Source of the DNA: Takakia lepidozioides
Lineage: Eukaryota > Plantae > Bryophyta
Direction of reading: 5' to 3'
DNA: 64,000 bases
NCBI GenBank assembly: GCA_030704615.1
Contig: CM060731.1
Location: 34,534,001 to 34,598,000, forward strand
The position numbers were made by a program, and so were the translations under genes. The notes under the pieces were generated by a model. The model saw only the letters and a list, made by a program, of their open reading frames with translations. It was not told the DNA's origin and ran no database searches. Below are positions 12,389-25,460 of the stretch, piece after piece (positions within the stretch are counted from its first letter, which is position 1; each line of letters opens with the position of its first letter).

Positions 12389-12874
12389 TGCACCTGCATA
12401 AAACTTCCGGGCAACTTCAGTGTTCTCGATCTAACTTGTTTGAGGCTTTTTGGTAATTCCAGGTGCCTTCATTGACAGAGCAGATAGAGACGAGTTATGT
12501 CGGTGGATAATTAGAAGCAGCCTCTCTATTCAAGACTTTGGAATCTCTATACGACAGGAAGAACACTCGACGAGTAGCTCACCACTGAGACGACATACTG
12601 TTCTCGGATGAAGGATGCCGAGTCCCTCGGATGCTACAGAACAAAAACCCACTTGTAAACAATCTCGTGCAGTAATCCCCATCTTTTTGGAAAGGATCAC
12701 AAGATCAGTCTCCCACGGTGGAAACTGTTTCCTAAATCATTGCCGTTAGGGCCACATTCATCCACAAGCGAGTCTGAAATAGAGAAACAACAATAGCTTC
12801 TTCTCTCCCCCCTCTCTGAAGCTCCTCTTCTTCCAAGTTTCCTGAGGTGGGTTCGTGGTGTTGAACGCGGTCTG

Positions 12875-15800
12875 ATGAGTGAGAGCGAAGAGTACAGGAC
12901 CCCGGGCGAAGTTCTGGGGCGAGCGGCCGACTATGTGGCAGGCCCAGGCACGTACATATGGCAGCACAAAGTGCTTGCTTCCGTTGTTGGCCTTCAAAGA
13001 ACCTTACCACCTTCACCACATGCTACGGATCAGGTACTCGACCTGCTGCTGGTTGTGTACGAGATGTGCTTGCAAGAAGTAACATTGAATTTTTTTTATC
13101 GCTGTTTCGATCCTTTCAAAACTGAGTCTGTTGATTCCAAACTGTAGCCAGTTTTGGACTATTCTCACTTCTTCCCATGTCTGCCTCTTAAGGCGGTGTG
13201 ATATTATCGTTACAGCGACCATTTCCTGATTGCCGTGGTAAGCTTCATTTCTGCAATATGGCTCTACAAAATGGCGGAACGTTTGTGCTATTATTTGTAA
13301 AATGAGAGGATCAATTCGCCGAAGCTGAATGGGAGCTACTTGGTCGGACCCATGTGAGAGTTCAAGAGAGTCCGAAGTTAGGGTTCGGGGGAAGTACACG
13401 AGATGATCAAATGAGACCCTCTTGAGTTGCAACTTCAGGAGAGATGAGTGAGAGAGAGGCAGACGAAAGGTTTTCTTAAGACGAGTAATATCATAGATTT
13501 TCTCCATCCTTCAAGTTTTAGTTCAGGGGATGAGACAGATTTGTCCCCACTGAGACATTTTGGACTTGTGGCAGTCCGGAAAGGGTTTAGAAGACAGGGA
13601 GAGGCAAGAAGAATTTTTTTTGAGGCAGACTCTCCTGACATTCAGGGTTCAGGTTATAGATTGAAGACAGTCAGCAACTGTCAGTGACTGTGAGGGGCAG
13701 AGGGGAGGTTAGTGTACATCTGCTTGGCGTGGGTAGCTCTAGAAGTATTTATAAAGCCAAAGAACCACTTCACAATGTGTCTTGCCAAGCCAATTACAAA
13801 GTTAACCATTTGTAATTGGCTGTCATGGCTTGTTGTTATGAATTTTCAAAACCAAAGGCTAACAGCTGTGCTTTATATTTGTGTATGGTTGGGGTTAGTC
13901 TTTGACATCAGCAAACCCAAATGTGTACTGCCAAGTGCGGGCCAAGAGTGTGAAAGTATTGACAAAATTTAATTTCCGTTGGGATTCTTGGAAACATGAG
14001 ATTGGATGTGCTTTAAGTTACAAGAATTTCATCTGCAAATGAAGAAATGCAGAAACTATAATAAAAAGAAGAATTCGATTGTCCCATTGACTATGTTCAG
14101 CTGTGCAGAGGCCAACAATTGAGGTGAGAAGAGAGAAAGAACAAGGGGCTGTCCCTGAGCCTGGTGTTGTTGTCACTGCCAAGGTATTCCACGATTTCGT
14201 GAGAATGTTTCAAATCTAGTGGCAGTCATATCTCATTGAAGAGAGAGTACCTTCAGATGTCTGTGTTATGGTGACTCCGTGTGTGGTAGCCTGGAGTGCT
14301 GTTTTTTGTGGAAAGAAGAGTCTCTCTGGAGGCCTGCTGCACAGGCAGGGTGAATCAGTACTTGGGACCGTGCTCAAGTTGGCAGAAGAGCAAGTGTCTC
14401 TTGCTTTTTGCTGCGAGACTTTTAAGATTGGAACTTAGAGAGACATAAGTTGGCAAAGAGGGCAAGAGAACACAGATGTCACTTACCACCTGTCACTCAA
14501 CTGAACGGAGTCTAACATACTGGGGTATTGTCTCACAGGTAACAAAGGTGCAGTCACGAATGGCAGTGGCAGATATTCTGTGTGTTGGAACCAGGGCTGT
14601 TAAGGAAACATTTAGAGGCATCATCAGGTAAGTCCTCGTTCTTCCTATTTCGGTGTACTTTCATGATTTCAGAGACCTAGATGGTTGGAGTTCATGGTCA
14701 TTCTTCCTTCAGAACATCCAGTAGAGGTTTGTTTAATAGTTGCACCTTTCTAGAGTGAATGCACAGTTCTCATAAGTTTCCGCGTCTCCGATCAATTTCT
14801 CTCTCTCATTTTGAGCATGTCAATCAACTGCTGAATTGTCGTTGGCACTGGCAGGCAGCAGGATGTGCGAGCGACAGAAATTGACAAAGTGGATTTGCAC
14901 ACATCATTTCGCCCTGGTGATGTCATTCGAAGTGAAGTTGTATCCTTCCACTGATTCTATTAGTAATGTTTTCTCCATGGACTTACAGAGATCTGAACCA
15001 TGGTGCAAGGATATAAAGACAGTATCAGGTGTCAAACTGGAGGGCTTCAGGTCAATGTCTTAATGACAAGTAAAAGGATCCCTTGTCACCAGCCATTTTG
15101 GAAACCTAAAGAAATATTCCCCTAAAAGTGAACCTATGGACTTGTCGTAAGAAATATTCAGAGAAAGATGTGTTTCTAGACTGACCAGTGAATGCTTGAT
15201 CCCTTGTCACCAGCCATTTTGGAAACCTAAAGAAATATTCCCCTAAAAGTGAACCTATGGACTTGTCGTAAGAAATATTCAGAGAATGATGTGTTTCTAG
15301 ACTGACTAGTGAATGCTTGCTCCCTTGTCACCAGCCATATTGGAAACCTAAAGAAACATTCCCCTAAAGTGAACCTATGGACTTGTCGTCAGAAATATTC
15401 AGAGAATGATGTGTTTCTAGACTGACTAGTGAATGCTTGATCCCTTGTCACCAGCCATTTTGGAAGCCTAAAGAAATATTCCCCTCAAAGTGAAGCTATG
15501 GACTTGTCGTAAGAAATATTCATAGAATGATATGTTTCTAGACTGACTAGTGAATGCTTGCTCCCTTGTCACCATATTGGAAACCTAAAGAAACATTCCC
15601 CTAAAAGTGAACCTATGGGCTTGTCGTAAGGAATATTCAGAGAATGATGTGTTTATAGACTGACTAGTGAATGCTTGCTCCGTTGTCACCAGCCATATTG
15701 GAAACCTAAAGAAACATTCCCCTAAAAGTGAACCTATGGACTTGTCGTCAGAAAAAATCCGAGAATGATGTGTTTCTAGACTGACTAGTGAATGCTTCAG

Positions 15801-16370
15801 CTACTTGTGTCCTCCGGCACTCATCTGTCTGACACTGGCAAGTTGGACGAGGTGTGTTGACAGAAATCAGGGACTGTTAGCAGTCTTTGTAGTAGACATT
15901 TGCTATTTGGAGGGAAACTTTGACCACTTCTGTAGATTTCACTAGGGGACTCTCGCGCCTACTACCTTTCCACTGCGAAGAATGAGTTGGGTGTTGTCTC
16001 TGCAACCAGTGATGCAGGTATGTGACGGTTATCCCTTTATTCATTATCAAGTGTCCTTATTCTTTGGTTTCTTCATTTGAGTTAAGTGTGTGTCAACGTA
16101 ATTGTCTCTGTAAGGCTGTGACTTTCCCTTGATTGTCATAGACCACAACTAATTTGGGAAAAAGGTTCTCTGAGAAATGAGGTATGCCTATGTATAATGA
16201 CAAAAACTCAGTTTTACACGTCTATGCTGTTGTTTTGGGTACATGATAATCGAGTGTAAATGTGTGTTTGCATGTGACCAGGTGGAACCATGGTGCCAAT
16301 CAGTTGGCAGGAGATGCAGTGCCCCATTACCCTTCAAAAGGAGTTCCGAAAAGTTGCTAAGGTGGTGTGA
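12875..16370 (+). CDS. CSL4: Exosome complex component CSL4 (EXOSC1), 6 exons: ~12875-13032, 14109-14183, 14539-14627, 14855-14939, 15936-16017, 16282-16370
   Basis: Spliced product MSESEEYRTPGEVLG...AGPGTY...|RPTIEV...VPEPGVVVTAK|VTKV...ILCVG...FRGIIR|QQDVRATEIDKVD...SFRPGDVIRSEV|ISLGDSRAYYLSTAKNELGVVSA|...MVPISWQEMQCP...KEFRKVAKVV*; canonical GT-AG junctions. Confidence 0.95.
15077..15796. repeat. Intronic minisatellite, 6 x ~120 bp, in CSL4 intron 4
   Basis: Unit GATCCCTTGTCACCAGCCATTTTGGAAACCTAAAG...CTAGTGAATGCTT starts at ~15077, 15198, 15319, 15439, 15560 and 15677. Confidence 0.95.
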
Positions 16371-19300
16371 TTTTTTTAATCTCTTGGCAGACAACATGAA
16401 ACAGCTTGTGGAGATTTCGACAATTTTTTGACCCATAGGAAATATTGGATCGAGCGAGAGGGAGATAGAGCACCCCCCTCTCTACCTGCTGTGGCTAAGG
16501 TCATGTGAGACGGGTCAAGACTGAAATGCAAGGAGACCACACAGTTATACACAAGACACATTCTGAACACTTTGAAGTGGATACTTTCATACAGAGGATT
16601 GGTGACACTTTCTACATTCTCAAGTTAAAAATCATGCTGCAAGTGTGCAATTCTTTCCAGCCATGGTTGACTGCCTACTCAAAACCACAGTGCTACTCAA
16701 TTTTTCCTGCCAACAGCTGGCTAATCAACTCCTAAGAATGAAACACTTCGCATAAATTTTTGTTCAATTTCTTCTTTGTATTTCTAGGTTCTCAGGGGGC
16801 TGAATTAGCCTTCTAAGAAAAGCACCTTCCACTTGTAAGTAACCTTTGATTTCTGCAAGGTGCCTTACTGCAAAGGATTCCCACCTGTGGACATTCCTCT
16901 ACTTTTGTAACTAATCCTCAAACAGGAGAAGGTCCTTGCGAAATGCTTCAATTGTGCTTTGCTGTTTATGATAGAAGTACACTAACATAATCTCTTGATG
17001 CAGTACCCAATGAATGTATTTCGAAAATTGGTTGATGTGTGTATTTGACAATATATCCTTCGGAAGCAACATACTCTTCTCTTCACGACATTGTATTACA
17101 TATCTAGACTGGAGAGGTTTTCGACAAAACCCACATACAACTGCGGGAGAAATTATAATGAGCTATGAGATGTTATCTCATTCATTACAGAGCCACTCAT
17201 TCATTACATCTAGGGGCAGACAGTATGGGCAAGTACCAACAGGGCCTCAAATTTGGCCAGAGGCTTCTCTCTCTCCACCTCTCTCTTTGGGATCAACAAT
17301 ATCTCTGTCCCCAAGTCCTTCCTCTAATGTTGTTTGCACATATGTAGCCTGTAGGTCACATTTTTTGGGGGTGAGTCCAGCTACTCATAATGGCTACAGA
17401 TAACAATTATGAGCATAAATAATCATCTCACTACATGGCTGCCATTGCACAAAACAATAATGGTATAGAGCAGAAGTTACTGCAGGAGTGATGGAATTCA
17501 CATGAAAGAAAAATATGGAGGCTGTAGTCTGACATGGCAGTGTTGCCATAGAATACATACAGGGTAGCAATCAATGGAAAAATTAAAGCCCCTGCTTGAG
17601 AGGAAACTGGACTATGGGATGTTTGAATTGGAAGGGTTTCTATCTGAAAACACATCCGGAAAAATACCCCTGATGAGCAGATATCAAAACTTTTGAACAA
17701 GAACCAGTAATCTGCAAGTTGACAGTTCCACTGTCCTCTCGCCTCCTTCCTAGAAAACACCACAGATTGAGAGTAAGAAGCTGGGGAAAATCATTCCCTC
17801 GCTCTGATGCACTCCATCCAAAAAGCCCACCAGATTAAAAAATTGTGATCTCCTACTCCAACCCCTACAGGCTTTGGATTGAGGCTTCCTTCACTTGTCC
17901 TCTCAAACAGTCAGAGGATTATGGAGATACTTTCACAGCAATAGCAAGAGAGAGACGAAAAGGAAGAGATGTCACTGCCTTAGCTAGCTTCACTTGAGGT
18001 TAGATGGGGAGGCACAAAGACCAAGACAAATGTGAAAAACACACACAACAATCTGCTGCAAGAAACCATCAGAAACATCCACACCCACAGGCAAGTGATA
18101 GCTGACAAGTTTCTAATTGTCCTGCAGCAACAACTTCATCAAATCAGTTACTTCAGACCTGATTGATACTTGCACTCCCCCATCCCCTTTCATAACAGGG
18201 TGTCAACTGTCAACAGGACCTAGGTGGAGCAAAATCGGTTGGTGAGGCGAAAGCGCAAGTGCAGTCAGGGTCACCCAAGGCCCAGGCCTCACCAAAGGTT
18301 CTCTTTCAGACAATTTCTGTACTCAAGACAGGGTACAGAGAGGAGGAGAAACCTGAAGGAACATACAAGAGTTTCCATAGACAACCACAGGATGTAATGA
18401 ATAACAACATCCCAGGTAAGGACAATGCACAGTGAGGTTCAGAATGCAGTAACTACAGAGAAGTTTGAATCCACTAGGCGCTCATCATGCCCATGGTTGA
18501 GCACCTACAATGAGTCCAATCCCAGTGAAGCATGTCATTGTCAGAGGATCACTGTCACTGTGCAGACTCCCACAGGCTTCATCAGGCTTCCAGTAAAGCT
18601 CGGTCAAGTCATATGTTGAGCTACATCTAAAATGATAAACACGCTCTTCATGTTGTATGGTGACATGCAGTGAAACTCGGGCCTTAAAAGGTTTTTCTTT
18701 GCTGTGCTCTTGTCACACATTTCCATCCCCGATCAAGACCGTAGGTTGATACTAAACAGCCTGGGTGCAGGCTTGGGATATACTACTGCTTAGGCCCTCG
18801 TACAAGAAAAGATAATTTGTTGGGAAAAAAGGTCACCAAAAAGTTGGCTTATACAAGAACAGATAAGCAGAGCCAAAGCCCATTACAACACTCACCCAGA
18901 AAGCAAATCAAAGCTCTCAAAACAATACCAAAGCAAATTGGTAATATAACTACATCAGACTACATCAAAATACTTAGTTTATAAAAATAACCAGTAATAG
19001 GAATAGTCTGTCCCGGTCATTAACTACACCCACCGGCAAACATTGCCACACAATTTCCATTACTTGCACATCACCTTGTAAGCAGCTTCAAGTTGCATGA
19101 ACTTTTCTTTCTACCTTATGTGGACCAAACTCTCATTCACACATTGCCAAATCTAACCTAGTGGCCAGCACAGTAAGGGCAAGTTTAGCAGTCCCTGATT
19201 GCCACTTGTTCCCCCAAGGCAAGAAGATCATCGATTTCTCTGATACCCTGAAACGGCTCTAGTGGGTCAACACACCCACGAGGTTACTCAGGGCAAGGGA

Positions 19301-19843
19301 GAGAGTTGACATGGGAGCGAGCTAGACTCAAAAATACATATAAGGAGCCAGAAAAAGTATTGAAAGAGGCCATTTAGGTTTGAGAGAGAGGCAGAGAGAA
19401 GCCACACATTGAATAGAACACTGCAGGAATAATGCAGAAACCGATAATCCGAAGTGCATGAGGTGTAATACAAATACATACTTCAGGCACTCAGTGCAAG
19501 GGAAATGTTGCAATGGACATGGGTTGGACTGAAAACTACATTAAGGGGCAAAAACAAAACATTGAGAGAAAGGACGCCATGTGGGTTTTGGAGAGGGAGA
19601 GAAGCCCTGCATATTGCACACCACAGAACTAATACACAAACCAATAGTCCGATCCAAACAAATTTTATTTCCCCCCAAAAAGGCAATCAGATCTGCATAA
19701 GTGCATGAGGTGAAATACAAATATATACTTCAGGCTTACCAATCCCGTCCTTGGCTTAAGACTATGCACAGATGTGGCTTTCATTCAACATATGTATAGT
19801 TACTGCACCTCATTACATCTCAGCTGTGCAAAACAGAGAGGTT

Positions 19844-20914
19844 TTAGCCAGCACCCCCCAACAGCCTCTTCAAGCCTGTTTTCTGGTCTGCAGTCAGTCT
19901 GGTCGGGAATTCAATCTCAAATTTTATCCTCAAATTGCCTTTTCTGCCAGGCTCCTTCGCAATCGGCATTCCCTCCTTGGCTACAACCTTTTCATATCCA
20001 GGACTGATGACATCTGAGAAAGATAGGTTCAATGTCCTCCCATCTAGGGTGTTCAACGAGACTGTACAACCTGTGAGCGCCTCAACAAGGGAGACCTTCT
20101 GTACCACAATTAAGTCGTTACCGTCGCGTTTGTACACTTCATGTTGCCTCTCGTCAATGACGAAGACTAGGTCTGCAGCCACCATGTTGGGCTGCTCGTT
20201 CCCTTTTTCTGGGAACGTGATCTTAGTCCCCTTCTTCCAGCCAGGCTTCACCTCAATTGTCAAAATCTCCTCAACAGGGAGCGTCTTACCGCTTGCATCA
20301 GCGATACTTCTGGAGATTTTCATCTTCCTGGTTGAGCCCTTGTAGAGCTCCTCTAGACTGCATTGCAGCTTGTTCTCCACTGGGGCAGCTTTGCGAGGCA
20401 TGGACGGGCCCCCTTCACCAAACGATCTGAAGGCATTATCTGATCCGCCCGACGTCCGAAAAACGTTCTCTGTTCCCCCAAAACCGCTGCCAAACATGCC
20501 ATCACCAAACGGACTTCGGGTATTCCTGCCCCCCATCCCGCCCATGCCTCCCATACCACCAAATGGGCTCGCCCCTCCAAAGAACTCAGCAAAGATATCT
20601 TCTGCATTCCTAGGGTTGAATCTAAACGAATTTGGTCCAGCAGATGCATTAGCAAAGCCTTGAGCTGCGCCTGGCGGAGGCACATTTCCTTTCAACCCTT
20701 CCTCTCCTAACTGATCATAGATTTGCCTTTTTTGCGGATCACTCAACACCTCATACGCCTCCGAAATCTGCTTGAACTTGGCCTCCGCCTCTTTCTTGTT
20801 GTTCGGATTCTTATCCGGATGCCATTTCATGGCCAGCTTCCGATACGCCTTCTTTAGATCATCCTCACTCGCCGTCTTCGCCACCTTCAACACATTGTAG
20901 TAGTCCACCCCCAT
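19844..20914 (-). CDS. Class II DnaJ/Hsp40 co-chaperone (DNAJB-type), intronless CDS, 356 aa
   Basis: J-domain with HPD motif (KWHPDKNP), G/F-rich linker, C-terminal DnaJ_C domain ([17 protein letters not shown]...GNLRIKF); no zinc finger. Confidence 0.97.
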   Translation of the reverse strand: MGVDYYNVLKVAKTASEDDLKKAYRKLAMKWHPDKNPNNKKEAEAKFKQISEAYEVLSDPQKRQIYDQLGEEGLKGNVPPPGAAQGFANASAGPNSFRFNPRNAEDIFAEFFGGASPFGGMGGMGGMGGRNTRSPFGDGMFGSGFGGTENVFRTSGGSDNAFRSFGEGGPSMPRKAAPVENKLQCSLEELYKGSTRKMKISRSIADASGKTLPVEEILTIEVKPGWKKGTKITFPEKGNEQPNMVAADLVFVIDERQHEVYKRDGNDLIVVQKVSLVEALTGCTVSLNTLDGRTLNLSFSDVISPGYEKVVAKEGMPIAKEPGRKGNLRIKFEIEFPTRLTADQKTGLKRLLGGAG

Positions 20915-21143
20915 CCCTTCCTTCTCTTCCCCCCTTCTCTTCCTCTTCCTCCCAAACCCCCCTCTCTCCGTCTCTCTCTCTTTTTCCTCCTATTCTCCTC
21001 ACAGCCACCCCGATCAGAAACGATAACAACAGGCTGAGCTTAAGCTTCTACCTCACCATCACCATCCACGCAGCTTTCATTCTCCTTCTGAGAATGCCCG
21101 ACATGCAGACCTGCAGCACATCACACAGCACAGCGATTGCCAA

Positions 21144-21196
21144 AGAAACTTCTAGACCTCTCTCGATCGACGAGACCGAGTTAGGGTTTAGGGTTT
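21144..21196 (-). promoter_or_regulatory. Candidate heat-shock element and telo-box upstream of the DnaJ gene
   Basis: AGAAACTTCTAGACC (nGAAn-nTTCn plus a degenerate third unit) at 21144-21158; TTAGGGTTTAGGGTTT (AAACCCTA telo-box on minus) at 21181-21196. Confidence 0.35.
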
Positions 21197-22038
21197 ACTC
21201 CCCACCCCCACACCCCGGGTTACCGGCCCGTGTAACCCCTTACCCCTGGTTAAAACAAGGCTCTTGTTTTAACCCAGTTTTCATCGCGATCATTGGTCCG
21301 CCCTCACGATTCTCAGCCGTTGGTTTCACTGTGGATGAGAAATACAGACATCCGTCGGAGAGTCATCCATGATGGTATGGGACACGTGGTGGGGTTCTGT
21401 TGGCGACATGTTTGACTTGTTCTCTCACCCCCCCCTTTGATGTGACTCATTCTCTCACTCCGCTCTAACGTGTCGGCCACGTGGCTCTGTACTCTTAAAG
21501 CTGCCTGAATCGCCCCGCCCATCCATCCACGCACCCAACTGTCTATCCATCCACCCATCCATCCAGCCAGACCTTGAGGTGCTCATGGATGTGCAAGTTG
21601 CTGCGCTTCATCCATCCATTTAGGGCATCACCCAAATCAGATTACACTGTAATCATTACATGGTCACTGTCGGCCAGCTGGATGCAAAACAGTGGCATTT
21701 GTGGAAAATTGGATGACAGCGACGAATCAATAACAGTATCCGGTGCGAACCAATGAATTGAGAAATATTTCTTGCCGTCCACCACTCTACTTGAAGGAAT
21801 GGATGAGATGTAGGGATTTTCAATGAGATGTAAGGAAAAGGAAAGACGCAAAACTGAATTGACGGTCCATCATTTGTAAAGAGGCTTGCCAATTATCACA
21901 ATCATACTTTTAAGAAAATAAAAATATAATATTCAACCCAATTAGAGTGAAACTTGCTGGCATCGTACTAGTACTAAACTACCATGAATTTATGTTCAAG
22001 CAATAATCAATTATTTTTCTCAAAGAAAGGTGCGGAGA

Positions 22039-22133
22039 CCTATAATTCATATTAAAAGATCAAGGAAAAGATAACCTTGGGACAAACCTATAATTCATAT
22101 TAAAAGATCAAGGAAAGAATACCTTTGGGACAA
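22039..22133. repeat. Tandem duplication 2 x ~48 bp
   Basis: CCTATAATTCATATTAAAAGATCAAGGAAA...TTGGGACAA occurs twice in tandem. Confidence 0.85.
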
Positions 22134-22571
22134 CATCCAATGATGACAAAAACGATGCATGTCAAGTGTGTCGATAGGTTGGTGGCCGACACATTGATGT
22201 AGGCAATATAAAAGGTGTGATAGTTGGGAGTCATGCTGGGAGCCATAAATCCGCCCTAGGCCCAACACAAGATAGAAATATAACTTAGCCTAGTGTACAT
22301 TAGTGAGCATGCTGGAGTATGAATGTTGATAATGCATGTGTTCCACAATGGTGTCTTCGAAGTTTTTCAAGCTTTGAGCAACCATATATTCAAAATATGG
22401 CACGCAAACTCGCATTTGTATGGACAACAAATCCAGAATTTTTCATATCTCACCCATTAATCCAAGTATGACAAACGAGGGGACTTACAGATAAGTAGAA
22501 GGGATAGCTCTTGTAAGGTAATGGCTCATCAGGCAAAGAAGATTCAGAAGATGGATTCCATGGTCAACTTA

Positions 22572-22797
22572 ATGATAACACAACAACCTACATAGAGATC
22601 TGATTGAGTTATACAATCTTACCCAAAAATATGTATGGAGAATTGTGGTGAATGAAAATGGCTTATGATCTGTATTTTTATCACCAACTTGTGGTTAGTT
22701 AGGAGGGCCACAACACAATATGCAGTCACAACAACATCAATCTTTCACACCATTGAATTCTCATAATTTACATGATGTATCTATAGTTCGTCTGTCT
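22572..22797. repeat. ~220-bp segment present in inverted orientation at 24989-25205
   Basis: CACCAACTTGTGGTTAGTTxGGAGGGCCACAACACAATATG...TTTACATGATGTATCTA is the reverse complement of the 24989-25205 block. Confidence 0.85.
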
Positions 22798-23149
22798 CTT
22801 TATCCTATATATTCATTTTTTCAACATATCTCTAACTGAGGTTGATATGAGTGGTGAAACCATCACATTTCGTGAAGTGATGACATGAGATATGAGAGCT
22901 TGATGAAATCATTTGAGAGACAACCAAACTTGATGGAACCTTCCCCGAGACGGGATGTTAGAAATAACTCACACATGATAGTGATAATGCATCCTAGGTA
23001 AAGATGAGCATTCGACATGAAAACAAAGGCAACGAGTTGAAACTTCAAACAAAAAGAAACAACACCAAATTAGAGGAAGAAACCAACTTTGCTAGACTAT
23101 AGCAGAGTGTTAGCCTACAAGTGGTTGCTAGGTGATATTAGCCTTACTC

Positions 23150-24280
23150 CTTGCGGCATGCATTTGAGCATCCGTTGTTTAACCATCCTCGGCGGGGCAC
23201 TGCTGATACGGTGTCGGTGCTAGTTTTCCATGTCGCCATTGACATCATTCATGGAGTCAGAGAGCTCCTCCAGGCCAAGACACTCATTTTTTGGTTCGCT
23301 GGTTTGAGGATGCTGACTGGTATTGGCGGATTTTTTGTGACTGTAACCTCCATGCTGAGATTGTGGATGGTTTTGACATAGTCATTGGTCGTGCTTGCAT
23401 CCCTGGACAAATGATCGTCGGAGGAGAACATACTGATGTGTTTCCGCTTCCAGCTATTGGCCTAGACAACATGGAAATCATACAAGTGGTTTTTACCTCT
23501 AGGAGGGCTTACAAATGGTTAAATTCCCGCAGCAAGTTGTTATTAAGACAGAATCAGATTGAGACAATGTAAGCTCTTTATCTACATTGGTGCTAACTTC
23601 ACAATTTCTTCACTTATTTTTTGTCTCTAAAATTGGATTCCTCTCATGTCAGTACAGTAATTGCTAGACAGATTTGTACTATTTCGGTCTCCCACTGTAT
23701 TGAGAGCACAGAATGAATAAGACAAACGGATCTTGGGATTTGAATATCACGTAAAAGTACTTATGGGGGTTGTCGACCATTTCCAGCATCATGCGTCATA
23801 TGGTCAAAGTGTTGTTACTGCACCATAATTTGCACAAAGAGGCTCCAAAACAGTGTATTTGTGAGGTTTGCATTGTGGCTCTGAGATGTCAACCTCGATC
23901 ATTTGCAAGAGTAGAAACCCACTTGGATGTGCTCGGATCTCGTTGATGTCATCGAATTGCAATGCCAAAGCCCTGCAATGATACATCTAAGTCACTCCTC
24001 AAAGCAATAAGAACATCAATACCTAACCAAACGTTAACCTTAACCACTTTTAAGTCACTGGAAATGTTATTTAACTCCAACTTCAAGGCACTTGAAACGA
24101 CATTTATCTCCAACTTCACTTCCGCAAATCCATCTTTCATATCCCTACGCAAGTGCTCCATGCTGATGGTGGCGCGAATGTCACTCCGCGCTTTCTCCAT
24201 CTCCACCTCTAAGGTGTGATACTTCTCTTGGAGGCTTCTCACCTCTTATTCCATTAACGTCGCATTACGGTCATCCATGG
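23150..24280 (-). pseudogene. Degenerate coding relic with a coiled-coil-like segment, possibly TE-derived
   Basis: Broken protein-like ORFs (23949..24242 with heptad-like EKYHTLEVEMEKARSDIRA, 23804..23986, 23249..23431); no family recognised. Confidence 0.3.
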
Positions 24281-24764
24281 GTGTGCTACAATGGAGCCTC
24301 AGCATGGTTGCCCTAATAGTCAAGACCTAATGTGTTGTAGCTGTTGGTATTGTCTTATCCTTTAGGTTCATTGAGACGTAGTACCCATAGCAAAAATGCT
24401 TGTATCCATGCCAATAACCAGGAGATCAAAAGTATCAAAGTTTATAGCATGTCACAAGTTTGTGGGGTGCATTCACGTGGTGAACACCAGATATTATCAT
24501 CCAAGACGGATGTGCAGCCTTTTCAGTGTCAATCAAAAGCTCTGGGGATAAGATTATGTAGACTTGACACACATAGTTCCACATTATAATTCAAGATGTG
24601 CATGGGGGACACACCAAAAGTTAACATGAGATCAACACCTCTTAATTTGGGGGATTCGCTGGTCGATTCCATTTGTAAACCCCGACTGGCTCTGGCCTTT
24701 ATCAACAACAATGTACTTGGCAGCTATTGACTAGCTGTACATTTGATTTTGAAACGTTATAATA

Positions 24765-25460
24765 TCTAAATGTTGCACCAAACTAGTTCATTTAAAATAG
24801 AAACATGGATTTTGTTGGTAATCTTGATTTTAAAGAATAAAAAAAAAATTCATAATATTATACTTTGTTACTTTGTTTTTTTCAAAGTTTTGAAAAAAAA
24901 GTTGAGTACATAAGTGATGTACCATACCGTACTATGTAGCTTTGAAAATGCTGTGTTTATTTGCACCAAATGTAGTTTTCAAATTTTTCAGACAGACAAA
25001 CTGTAGATACATCATGTAAATCATGTGAATTCTATGGTGTGACAAATTGATGTTGTTGTGACTACATATTGTGTTGTGGCCCTCCCAACTAACCACAAGT
25101 TGGTGGTGAAAAATACAGTTGATAAGCCATTTTCATTCACCACAACTCTCCATACATATTTTTTGTAACTCAATCGGATCTCTATGTACGTTGTTGTGCT
25201 ATCATACACAAACTTCTCTTTTCAAGAAAGTTGAATATGATAGACAGAAATTTGAAAACTGCATTTGATAGAGATAAACACAACTTACATTCTCAAAGCT
25301 AGATAGTTTGGTACATCATTTATGTACTTAGTACTTTTGTTTTTGGTCAAAACTTCGAAAAAAACACGGAAGTCGCGAAGTACAAGATTATAATATTCTT
25401 AAAATCACAAAATCCATGTCTATGTTTTGAAAAGAACTAGATATGATATAGCATTTACTC
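24765..25460. mobile_element. MULE/MITE-like element with ~220-bp degenerate AT-rich terminal inverted repeats
   Basis: 24765-24988 is a diverged reverse complement of 25248-25457 (AAATTTGAAAACTxCATTTG, TCAAAGCTA, GGTACATCAxTTATGTACT, CAAAATCCATGT, GAACTAG); TSD not identifiable. Confidence 0.6.

Noticed and set aside
15077-15796. 120-bp repeats as a 5S rRNA or snRNA array
   Set aside because: Unit length is similar to 5S, but there is no 5S sequence similarity, no internal Pol III boxes and no spacer; the array lies within an intron.
18239-18295. 10-bp stem TTGGTGAGGC...GCCTCACCAA as a structured RNA or miRNA
   Set aside because: Stem too short for a miRNA precursor and no family motif; the resemblance to the inner ends of the foldback element may be chance.
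19935-20685. Antisense and alternate-frame ORFs overlapping DnaJ (and similar ones over PPR, PLATZ, DUF819 and NYC1)
   Set aside because: Shadow ORFs of real coding exons with no independent domain signal.
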